Assembly: GCA_030265395.1 (NCBI GenBank)
Contig: JARFYF010000094.1
Coordinates: 67,100,273-67,164,272, forward strand
DNA length: 64,000 bases
Source: Rhina ancylostomus
Taxonomy: Eukaryota
Direction: 5' to 3'
The notes beneath the pieces were generated by a model. The model was not told the DNA's origin. It searched no databases and saw only the letters and a list, made by a program, of their open reading frames with translations. Shown here piece by piece: positions 12,386-24,149 of this stretch (position 1 is the stretch's first letter; every line of letters begins with the position of its first letter). Both the position numbers and the translations under genes were made by a program.

Positions 12386-13980
12386 CTGTAGAACAAGCCC
12401 ATCTGTTAAAAAGTGTGAACACAAATTAATGCTAAAACAATGTAAATTCTCAAAACGACACTGTTAAGAGGCAATAAAAAGTCTAAAAGTTCCAAGTAGT
12501 AATTAATCTCAACAGATTAGGAGCAATGGCTTTAGTACCTCAATTTGGAATGGGGATTTTGGTCTGAAGTAATTTCTGATCTGTGCTGATAATCCATGCA
12601 TATACTAAGTTTTGAGAGGAGAGAATCAAACTATAGAGTTTATTAATCTAATAACCAAGGTTTTTGTGTTAAGAGAAATATCATGAGCTTTAAAATAAGA
12701 GGGTGAGTTTGTTAATGTCACTCATTTCACCACTTTAATTATTTATACATTTATATATATTTTTCCCTCACAGGTTATTTGAATATGTCTTTGTTAGAGT
12801 CAACAACTGGCAGATAATCTATAACACAGAAACTGGTGAGAATTCAGCTCAGAATATTCAACAAAATGCCCATTCAGATTCATTTTAATAAATGCTGCCA
12901 TCTCTCTCTTTCCTCAATGCAAATGTTGTCTATGAACCAAATTGAATGTTCAACATAAAAGTGGTGGCCAATTTCTGAATCTCTCATTCACCAAATTCAG
13001 CTGTGGACATCATTGTAATTTCTCCAATTAAGATGAATTTATATCAAGTATATATTTCAATACATTATAATATTTCAATTTTATACTTCTGAAGAATCAA
13101 GTATGAATTGAAATATCAAAACATTACAACATATTTTGAAATACTCAGAATGTGACAGGCAGTAATATGGTTTAGTAAGAAATTAAAAACCCAATTTCTC
13201 ATGCAACATTGCACTACGCTTTCAGGGTATTTTACAAGCTTCAAATATCTGAAGTTTATCAATTCACTGATACCTAGATATTATCCTGGAAAAGGCTGAA
13301 AAACAACTTACCCTGTTGTAGGAGAAATAACAAAGATGGATCTATGTTTAACTGTGCACGTGTGAACTTCAAAAGATGCTGTTAGCTTCATAGTGTAATG
13401 ATGAATTCTAAAAACTCAGCTAACAAATCTGCCATGACAACACAGCACCATCTATGGGTTCAATTCTAGAAAAGCACTGCAATTCCTTGGAAACTTGTAC
13501 TATAAATCTGAAGCTTCAAACTGTGCGGCAAGCAAGATCTAGCACCCTATGTTTAGAAAGCTAGTAAAACTGAGCCAACCGGGATGATCTATTAACTTCC
13601 TTGCAATAAGTACAAATCAATTCAATTGCAACAGATTAATAGAATGAGATGTTATTTCTATCAGCTTCCTTTAAATATGATCAATTTAGTCCATCATTCC
13701 CATTCTGGACTTAACAACAGAACAGACTTACAACCTGGCCAACCATCTTCACTGTTCAAGCTGTTGTTTGTTAAAAGTTTGAAGATTTTAAAGGGCTACC
13801 TTTAAATTTATTCCATTATTTATAAAAAAATATGCTGTTTTCTGTGTCACAATTTCACTCTCACTCTTTCCACACCCAAACTGATAATGCCAAAATTCCA
13901 TTATGCATCCAGTACAACATGACAGACAGCAGCTAAACCTTTACCATTAGCAGGCCAAGAAACTTATTCAGCTCTCACAC

Positions 13981-14157
13981 CTGGACTATGTGGTTGCCAT
14001 CTATCACCTTCTCGACGAGGCCCTGCTAAACGCCAACCGCCATCATCATCCTCACCATTCTGTTCATCTCTGCAAACCCTCCAATTCTCACTCTCAGAGC
14101 GAGTAAATTCATGTTTTCTTGTGGATGATGTCCCCATTTCTTCAAAAGTTGGTCTCC
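13981..14157 (-). CDS. GIGYF2: GIGYF2 coding exon 7 (GRPTFEEMGTSSTRKHEFTRSESENWRVCRDEQNGEDDDGGWRLAGPRREGDRWQPHSP)
   Basis: 177 nt, AATCTAG| acceptor, CAG|GTGTGA donor, phase 1-1. Confidence 0.94.
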
Positions 14158-14399
14158 CTAGATTTAAGAAAAATACTTTCTTCAGTCCATTTACATGCAA
14201 AATTGATGGAATTTTATAACTATGTGATCCTCATTATAAAATACAAATTAGCCAATACTGTGCAATGCCATTGTGTTTTACCCAATATAGAATGGCCAAA
14301 ATAAATTGGAATTAATTTCCTTAATACGTTTAATAAAGTGACTCCAGGAAAAGAAATCCTGCAGTTCCAAGAAAGTAATCTACGCGGAGAAGCAAAATG

Positions 14400-15230
14400 T
14401 AACCAGAAGTTTGCATCAATCTTTATCAAGGAAGATGATTCTGGCAACATCTGTAGAAATGGAAGTGTGGCAAATGATGAGGAAAACAATAGATTGCAAA
14501 CAGACAAGTAGACTGCCGAATTGGGCAGACATTTGACAGATGACATTTAATAACCAGAAGTGTGAAGTGATTCATTTTGGCAGAAAGAGGACAAAATATA
14601 GATTATATAACATGGTTTTAAAGTAGTGCAATTGCATATGGGCAAAGTCTTTGAAAGTGGCTGGATACGTTAGATGAATAGTTAGTAAGGCACTTCATAG
14701 CTAGAGCACAGACCACAAAAGATGCAGCTTGGTTAGTTAAATCCAAATGAATATTGCATACAACTCTAGTCAGCACACCTTAAGAAGATGTAAAGGGTCA
14801 AGAGGAAGCAAGAGGAAGAGGTTTATTAGCATGTTTCAAAGGATGAGGACTTTCAACTACAACTTAGTACTGGATAAGGTGGGATTGTTCTCCTTGAAGA
14901 GGCCCAAGTGGCACAGATGTACAAGGTCACAAAGGGTTTAGAGTGGTCAAGTAGAACTTCTTCCCATAAAGGGTTAGTTTCAATATCAAGAGAGATAGAT
15001 TCAAAGCGATGGGCAAAAGGCACAGATAAAGAAATGAGGAAATTTTTTTAAAAACTTATAAAAGATGGTGGAAAGGGTGTCAATCATAGCATTCAAAAAA
15101 GAACCAGATAGGCACTTGAGGGAAAATAATTTGTAGGTTTATGAAGAAACAGAAGTTTAGAATGGGACCAAATAGATCAATCAACAAGGAGTCTATATGG
15201 ATCAAATCACCTTATTCACTGTCATAACAA
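14400..15230 (+). mobile_element. Decayed CR1-type LINE 3' fragment
   Basis: Remnants resembling FADD-K..W---WQM-FN--KCEVIHFG and LGLFSL, followed by a CR1-like 3' UTR. Confidence 0.65.
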
Positions 15231-18200
15231 TTCTAATATTGTAAGCGCATCATGTTTAGAAGGAGTGGATTACATGACTTCGGACTTGAGGCTTCCTCAC
15301 ATCAAGTCTGGGCCTGTTAGAGAAATTGACAGGTATATTGCAATGGGAACAACTGAATTATTGTTTCATGTGACTATAAGGATAGTCCAAAGCACCTAAA
15401 TGGTATTTTCTCATCTATTTATTCTTGCATTCTGAACAAATACAGAAGTAAATCTGCACCCACTACTGTGCAAGCAACCTTTTAAACAACTTGAAGCATC
15501 ACTGATAGTCAATTTCCTTGGTACAGAACACTGATGGATTCTTATGCCCTCAAGTTATAAAATGTTCAAGGTATTTTTGAAACTATCAAATTTTAAATTT
15601 ACATTTTTGTCTGTTTTTCCCACCCTCTTTCATTTTCCTCTCTGCGCGTTTCAGATTCTATTTTACTTTCTGCACCTTTATGACACAGATTTCAGTTTTT
15701 CCCAGGTTTATTTCGGAATCTTTAAAACTCATTCCTCAAGGAGCAATTGAGGAAGTTGCTCAAGAAGCAAGGAGGAAATTGCCCAAGAAGCAAGGAGGAA
15801 ATTGTCCATTTCCTATTCTGCACCATATGCAACACATACGAAAAGTGCTGAAGGATCTCAGCAGGTCAGGCAGCATCTATAGAGGGAAATAAACAGTCAA
15901 AGTTTCATCTCAAGACCCTTCATCAGGCCTCAAACGTTGTGTTGCTCCAGATTCCAGCATCTGCAGAACCTCTTGTGCCCGCATCATATGCAATCTATAT
16001 TTTTTTGGGCAAGGTTTTTCAGCTGATGGTTGAAGGGCCAAGAGTAAATAAGAGCAGAAGCTGTTAGATGCTTACTGCAGCAAACTTGCCCATTGCGTTA
16101 ATCCGTTCCACTGTTTAAATGCTGAACAGAATGCCTGTTTTTAGATTTGATGCCACAGGCTAGAACTACAAGAGTTCTTACTAATAGATAGTCATTAGGG
16201 CTAAAGTACTAGTATCAAGAACTTAAATTATCAATGAATGTTTAACTAAAGACAAAAGAAATTTTTTTTTACAGTTTTACCAAAAGTTTGTGTAAGGATT
16301 CAAGTATGTGTGTTTTCAACATACATACTCAAGAAAGTTGCAGATAAAGTTGTTTCACAACACATACCATTAAAATATGTTGTAGCAGTTCTTTGCTTTG
16401 ATTATTTATATCTTTAAACTTTTACTCTAGTATTGAATTTTTCTGAATGGAGATGTAAACTTTGACAGTCTGAGTCCTACGTAACCATAAGAGGCTCATG
16501 AGAATTATTGACTATATAAAGAAAAACTTATTTTTCAACCATCCCCCCCCCCCAGCTTCAAATCTTTCTGCACATTATTGCTAGCTCATGTTCCAGACCC
16601 AAACCGTACCAAAAATTCCATCAAACTCCCATCAGGTACCAAAAGTTGGTAGTTGAATTTTTAAAAAACCTCAATTTGTTAATCACACTACACGATGTCT
16701 AGCAATAAAATCTTAAATCTACCGTGTCCTAAAAAGCACATGAAAGTTACTGCAACAAGTGCAAGCTACAGGCAAAGCTGAACTCTTTCTCAATTAATCA
16801 AACTTTTTCCAAAGACTAGACGAAGTAGATAACAGTCAAGATGACCAACACTTTTAAGTACTATTTTTCAACCAATACCATGGCATAATGATAGTTATTT
16901 ACATCAAGTTATTACAGATCCACCTTACAACAGGAATGAAATTATAGAAAGATGTTTATTTTAACTTATCCAATTAAAAAGTATTACTTAACAAGTTGGT
17001 GCAACAATTTGGTAAAGGCACTGGATTCCGATTATCATGAATCCTGGAAAGGCAAAGGAATTTGGAGAGGAAACAGCAAAGGCTTTGATAGCTATAGAAC
17101 ATCCCTGAATAAGGAAACTGTGTCAAAGAACTCTAAAACTGGCAATGTTTGAGAAAGGGATAAACTTGGTAACAATTGACTAGGAAACCTAATATCAGTA
17201 GCAGGCAAGCTCCAAGGGGCCATCATGATAAAATGCATTGCCAGACTTTGGAACATGCTCTTTTCCCTCTATGCTTGTAGTAATCAAAATAAAGTTATTT
17301 ATTACATTGTTGTTTGTGGAAGTTTACCATGTACAAATAGGATGTCATGGTTCTTACATCAGAATAGGAATTACACCAGAAGTACTGCATTAGTGGTGAA
17401 AACAATTTGGAATGGCCAGCGTTCATGAAAACTTTGAAAAAAATTGGTTTTCCTTATATTTTAACTTCTGCAAATTTACCAGTGTGCAACTGTCATTATT
17501 CCTTCCATTCAGTATCTGACCTACAAATAGTTATACAGATGCCCACATAACTTGCTGCTTACATTATTCTTTTTGTTCCCTTTCCCAGCCATGCACATAA
17601 TACATCCATTCCAATAACTAAACAGAACATTCCAGGTTTCCAATTTCTTTCTAGCTATCAATACTGCTTTACAATGGCAGTCAGGAGGCACCTTTCAATA
17701 AATGGAGGGCGAGATTAATTTTGACAGTACCCTTTATTATGTCACACATGTAAGAAACTATATGCTGCAACCCATCAAACAGCACTAAGCATTTTCTGGA
17801 ACTGAAGCCATGTGGATACATTCCACTAAGCCAAATGCTATTTAATGAGATGAAAGTATAATAAGTAGTTCCAACAAAAGATGAACAAGGTCTATTGCCT
17901 CTGATGAGGAATACTTCACCAAAAGCAATCAGGATGATATACTTGGNNNNNNNNNNNNNNNNNNNNNNNNNNNNNNNNNNNNNNNNNNNNNNNNNNNNNN
18001 NNNNNNNNNNNNNNNNNNNNNNNNNNNNNNNATCATAAATAGAACCAGACAAGTCTCCCAACTTGAGGCCATTTAATTGGCCACCTGCAGGCAAAATGAC
18101 CAATCGTATTAGTTCTAAAAAGGAAGCAACAAATCATATTCCAGATTATGCATTACTGGCTCTTGTAACTCTATAATAAAGATTACCACATAAGAGTACA

Positions 18201-19149
18201 TGTTGCCTTATCTTTAACATCCACTCCCATAGGCATTTTTGCTCAACAATACAACTGCAACCCAAATTTACATTCCACAAGAAGAATCTGGCAAAATTTC
18301 CATCTTCTGGTAAGTCAGCAATACTATAAAATATTAATTTATTGGCGGTTTGCTCATTTTCTAATACTGCAATAACTAATAAGACAGTTTCTTTACTCAT
18401 ACATCACTAACCTTAAGATGAAATGTTTATAAAAATCAGAATTCAGAAGTTAATGCAATTCTAAAAGCAAATTTAAGCACAAATTCGTATCTAAAGATAG
18501 TTTAAATTTGTGTACCACAGTCCAAGTACCATTGTAAAATAATTTTAAAGCAACTTCCAATTACAAGGTGGAAAATGTGTTCAATTTTGAAATTAAATAG
18601 TCACCTTTTAACCATATTCAAAATCTAAGCAAAGTTAATCAATTAACTACATACCAACTTTAAATAGTTATATAATTCATTTAGAGCAAAACTGAGTTTC
18701 TTACATAGCATTACACAGGCTGACACACTCTTTTCAATTAAACACATTTCCAGGAAATAACAAAACATCTTAATTATTCTGAACAGCTGAAACTGCACTT
18801 TGTGGAGTAAATTGTCAGATAATTTTTAGGTGCATCAGTAGTTAAAACAAGGATTTTAAGAAGCTAATATGTTTCAATAAAATCAGAATTATAAATAAAA
18901 TAGACAACAAAATTATAGGAAAGAATATCTCAAATTAAGTAATACTGCAGTCCTGCCATTCTCTTATAGTTCTGTGAAACTGCAGCACATTTAAGATTCA
19001 TTGTTTGATCAGGGTACTTCAAAGAACAATTGAGTTCTTTAGTGTCAAAAGATTCAAAGTTAAGCCAAATAGAGCCCTATGAATTTTAATAAACATACTA
19101 CTGGGAAAACTAAAATCACATAATGTTGCTTGGTTGTTTAAACCAAATT

Positions 19150-19225
19150 AATTTTATACTAACTAAAGTGAGAGAAAATGCAGTTCTGAAATCAGCCACT
19201 AATCTTCATTTAAACAACAAAGCAA
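19150..19225 (+). other. KCNJ13: Candidate KCNJ13 non-coding first exon (start approximate)
   Basis: Strong plus-strand donor CAA|GTAAGT at 19226, about 0.9 kb upstream of the acceptor at 20110, in repeat-free sequence. KCNJ13 is known to have a non-coding exon 1. Confidence 0.45.
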
Positions 19226-20132
19226 GTAAGTTTGACCACTGTAATTTAGTGAACAAAAATCAAGATTAGCAAACTAAAACACGATTAGAAGTCCGGTCTG
19301 TTTTCCACAAACTGAAAGTTGACAGTAAATGAAAAAAGCTTCACTAAACAAGAATATTTATTCCTTCCCCACTGGATTAAAATACTCCCATGATGTTTTG
19401 TTTCTAAATTAAGTTCTGTCTAAATGAGCAAAAAAAGGGAACAATCTACTGTGCTGCACAATTTATTTTAGTTCACCTAATCCTAACATACCATTTATGT
19501 CTTGCACTGAATAATTGTTAAATCTCCATGTTTCAAAGTCTGAAGGCTCAGCCAAACTGATGTATGCAAAAAAAGAGGGAAACTTCACTCAATCTGAACA
19601 CTCAGGTACAATACTAATGTAGACCATCCCAAACTCCTCAAAATGTAGAGCATTAATTTGCAATAAAGTAACTTAATTTTTTACGTGAGTAGTGATTATT
19701 AACAAAAATTGCAATGAGAATTCCAAGGAGTTTGCAAATCCCTACCCTACAAAATAATCAACATGGAAAACCAAACTATCTGCTGATTTAATTAGAAACT
19801 GAAAGNNNNNNNNNNNNNNNNNNNNNNNNNNNNNNNNNNNNNNNNNNNNNNNNNNNNNNNNNNNNNNNNNNNNNNNNNNNNNNNNNNNNNNNNNNNNNNN
19901 NNNNNCTGAAAGCAGCATGAGATCTCCCTTCTAGGATGGAGTTGCTTGCTTAACAGTAAAGACTAAAGGTTATTCAGTTAAAAGTTAAATGACTAATCCT
20001 GCAAATTGATAGCATACATGAGTAATTGCTAAAGACAAATACAGATAATGTGATGACAATTAAGTCTCCACTAGTTGCTAACACTAACATTCTTACAATA
20101 TGTTCTGCAGCTAACCCAACAGGGAGGAAACC

Positions 20133-20610
20133 ATGGGCATCGTTTTTAACAACAGTGACGAAAAGGACACTTCTCCACTTATAGGCCCACAGAACAAGAG
20201 AATTGTCACAAAGGACGGCCACAGTAATCTCAAGATAGAAGCCCTCCCTGGAAAAAGCATTGAACACCTAAGAGATATCTGGTCTATCTTGGTGGAAATG
20301 AGATGGCGCTGGATGTTACTGACTTTCTCTGGAGCTTTTGTAGCTCACTGGCTCTTCTTTGCCTGCTTTTGGTATTTATTGGCATACACACATGGTGATT
20401 TAGAAGTATTAGATCATAACAATCCACCAGAAAACCATACCATCTGTGTGAAATATATTGACAGCTTCACCGCAGCTTTCTCATTCTCGCTGGAAACTCA
20501 GCTTACAATTGGCTATGGAACCATGTACCCTGATGGTGACTGCCCAGCTGCCATTGCTCTCCTCGCAGTCCAAATGCTGTTGGGACTCATGGTGGAAGCT
20601 TTAATTACAG
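20133..20610 (+). CDS. KCNJ13: KCNJ13 (Kir7.1) first coding exon: N-terminus, M1, pore, M2
   Basis: [17 protein letters not shown] sequon, and filter [13 protein letters not shown] with the Kir7.1-diagnostic Met two residues after GYG. Donor CAG|GTAATT at 20611; likely acceptor TTCTGCAG at 20110. Confidence 0.97.
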
Positions 20611-21027
20611 GTAATTACTTCTGAGAAAATACAATTCAAGGAAAGTGCTGCATTGAATTTTATTATATATCAGCATAGTAGATTTTTGTGGTAGCCTCAG
20701 TAACAGAATTTGTCAGCAGCTATCAAAACATTTTAAAGAACTTTGGAGATGTGCATAACACATTAGAGGACATTAAAAAAATTCTAGCTTTAACCAAACG
20801 AAAGGAATCCTGTTACATAGCACCTTAGAAACTCAACCCCTATTGAATAATTTGGAAGTTTTATCATAGTCACTTCAACTTCGTGCTGCAGAACAATAAA
20901 ATGTTTACCCAAGTATGGAGCATAGATTATTGAAGTCATGATTTTAATACACTTTTATGCTAATAAATGCTAACATTGTTCTTCGAGGAAGTTTTTTTAA
21001 TAACAGTATGTTTTTTTTTGAAAACAG

Positions 21028-21641
21028 GTGCCTTTGTGGCAAAGATTGCCAAACCAAAACTTAGAGCAACTGCAATTAAATTCAGTTACTTTGCTACTGT
21101 AGCACAACATGAAGGGGAACCATGCCTGATGTTTAGAGTAGCCAACATATGGCAAAGTCCATTAACAAATGTTAAAGTAACAGCCACTTTATACAAGGAG
21201 TACAACACTCAACACCTTTATCAGACAAATATCGATTTTCGCATTGACCATTTGAATTCTAACAAATGCCCATACCTCATCTTTCCAGTTATGTTCTATC
21301 ACACCATCAGTCAACATAGTCCTCTCTATCCACTGATTCAAGAAAAGATGCCACCCTACTACGAGATAGTAATTTTTTTGTCAGCAGAACAGGAAGGTAC
21401 TGGAGAGACTTACCAGAAGAGAACCTCTTATATTCCTGAAGAAATCAAACTTAACCAACAGTTTGCTCCTGTGATAAGCTGCACTTTGAAAGGGTACTAC
21501 AAAATTGATTTGGACAACTTTGACAAGACAATTCCAAGATTTCCTATGCTATTTAATACAAAGGATGCAAAGCAGAATGATTTTGTTGTCAACATCAGTG
21601 ATCGTGCTGATACTATGATATTCCATGATAGTGCTGTCTGA
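21028..21641 (+). CDS. KCNJ13: KCNJ13 (Kir7.1) last coding exon: cytoplasmic domain; spliced protein 363 aa
   Basis: Acceptor TTTTTTTTTGAAAACAG|GT. GAFVAKIAKPK, PCLMFRVAN and QKRTSYIPEEI motifs; TGA at 21639-21641. 478+614=1092 nt, frame intact. Confidence 0.97.
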
Positions 21642-23731
21642 TTATTAATTCTGATAAAAGCAAGGTCAAATGGAATATTCAATATCAAATTTCTGCAATT
21701 GTTAGAGAAAACTATACCATTTAAGATCTGAAAACTGAATAAGGTTTGAAGATTACATTATCCAAAACCAACTGCCTTGAATTACAATCCTAAAAGAATC
21801 TGAAAATTTATAAAGACAAAAATCAGAAGCATAAAAGATCACCAAGGAAGAAAATTTCAAATAACCTGCTCTGAAATGCAAGACAATATTGATACACAAT
21901 TTATTTAACACAGTATCACCCAAGTCACTATTTTCAAGACTCCACTGGTCAATGGTGCTTTATTGTGCATACAATACGAGTTGAACCGTGACAAGAGACT
22001 CAAGAAACGAAAGAGATAGCTAACAAATCCAGTTTAAGCACGGAGTTAAAACAGAAAAACCATTTTAGTGTAGGACATAAATGCTGTCACAAGTAAGGTA
22101 CAGCTGAAGTATAAAATATGCATTCTTCAATAACATAGTTAAAAGCTGGACCTGAAATAGTCATCTTAGTTATAAATGACAACTAATCAGTATATATTTT
22201 TTCTCAAGTTATCAGTTTTTGTACAATTGATTTAATGCTATAGCTAACTTTAAAAAATGCCTAAAATTGTGAAATATTATTAAGTTTTGTATCTTTAATA
22301 CACAAGTTTAATTAAATAATGACATTCTAGCAAATAATCATTGCGCAACTTTTCAAATAGGAAGATTAGCAGAGTATACAACTCTGACACAAAATTGTGA
22401 TTATACAACTCTTTTGCCTTGAATATTTGAAGTTACATACTTAATACTCTTTTAACGACTAAAATAGAATACGAAGAGCTTAGGTAGTACATATCATCTT
22501 TCAACTAGTCATGTACTCTAAGTCCCTCTCTATTCCACTTTCTCACTGCATATTTTACTTTGCATATAACCCAGACTGTTCCTAGTTTCATACTAGCTGA
22601 CAAGGAATTCAATTCCTCAACACCATCTTTTCTCTCCAGGAGCATAACACATTCAAACATGTCTGTCAATTACAGAAGGAATAGAAGCAAAAAACTGCAG
22701 ATGCTGGAAATCTGAAATAAAAACAGAAAATGCTATTCTGTATCTCACAGTTCCAACGCTGTTTTTGTTTCTGTCTTCCTTGATCTCTCTCATCCAGACA
22801 GATTAGCTGTCACTGACAAGCCTTAACAATTCTTTCTTGACACTAATCTCTGTTATCCATTTTCTTTTGGTCTCTGATGCCTGTGGTGCCCCACAACAAA
22901 GTGACTGTCCCCTTTCCTTTACATCTGAAAAACTTCCAGGATATCCTTCCCCTTTACTGCAGTAATGAATCTTAATCAATTTATCGGAAAGCCACCTCTT
23001 CTTTAACATCATTCCACGGCACACCTCAATGTTGAGTTACCACTCCTGCCTTTCTTTTGACCATGTCCTATGATAGCAACAACATCATATTCCCATCTGC
23101 CTTACTAGCAAGAATTCTTGCACAAATACATTTTAACCTTATATTCTGCCCATGTGCCTTACCACATCCACATGTGCTCTATTTTTTGGACTGACTTGGT
23201 GTTTTTTTTAAAACCTGCAGATACCCCTCACGAACTATACATCTACTCATGCCCCTGCCAAATTAGTTTAAACCCTCTCCAACAGTGCTAGAAAAAATTG
23301 GGACCATTCTGGTTCAGGTGCAGCCCATCCACTTCCAGAGGTCCCACATTCCCCAAAAATGGTCCCAATTATCCAGAAATCTGGAGCATTTCCTCCTGCA
23401 CCTGCCTTATAAGTCACACATTCATCTGACCTATCCTCCAATTCCTACCCACATGGCACATCCTTGGAAGTCCTACTCTTTAATCCTGTACTAAAATTAT
23501 ATTGGAATGAATGCTAACATATCATTTGTTTTCTTAATTGCTTGCTGTAACCGCACAATAACTTTCAGAGATTAACATATAAGATGCCCAGATTCGTCTA
23601 AATACTAATATTTTCAGACTCCTGCCTTTTCAAAAATAGTAGCAAAAAATAGAAAAGCAAAGTGGATGACTTAACACATTTTATGCAATACAATAAAATG
23701 CGCTGGTCAAAGAATCGGCCCAGCCACCCAC

Positions 23732-23800
23732 TCAGCACTGCACCTTCGTCAGCCATGCACTCCCTCGGCCCGGCTGCAACTTGACAGTCCCTGTGCGCCA
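23732..23800 (-). other. GIGYF2: Candidate GIGYF2 cassette/poison exon (69 nt in frame, or 59 nt ending in TGA)
   Basis: CpG-rich islet with acceptors ATATTTCAG| (23800) and GCGCACAG| (23790), and donor TGA|GTGGGT (23731). Confidence 0.55.
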
Positions 23801-24149
23801 CTGAAATATTAGTTATCGGAGCCAGCTAGTTTTTAAAAGTGTCTGATAACCATGATTTTGCATTATATTCCATCTGCCATGACTTTGCCCATTCACTAAG
23901 CATCCCTCTATGTCTCTTTAAAGCCTCTCTGCCTCTTCTCAATAACTCACAGCTCAGTACTACCAACAGACCAGGTAGCATTGCCAGAGACAAAATGAAC
24001 TGTGAAGAATCATTGATCCAAAACTCTTAATTGTGTTTCTCTCTCCATAGATGCTGCCTGACCTGCTAAGTATTTCTAGAATTTTAATTTCAGATTTCCA
24101 GCATCTACAGTATTTTGCATTTCCATTACCACAAGTATGCCACCGGACA

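Noticed and set aside
20967-21027. N-terminal part of the 224-aa ORF (MLTLFFEEVF...)
   Set aside because: Intronic read-through upstream of the KCNJ13 acceptor at 21027.
22311-22316. ATTAAA as the KCNJ13 polyadenylation signal
   Set aside because: Plausible, but cannot be distinguished from background in AT-rich sequence without 3'-end data.
23677-23700. 8-bp hairpin CATTTTAT/ATAAAATG next to the candidate poison exon
   Set aside because: An AT-rich short stem is easily explained by chance, so it is not reported separately unless shown to be conserved.
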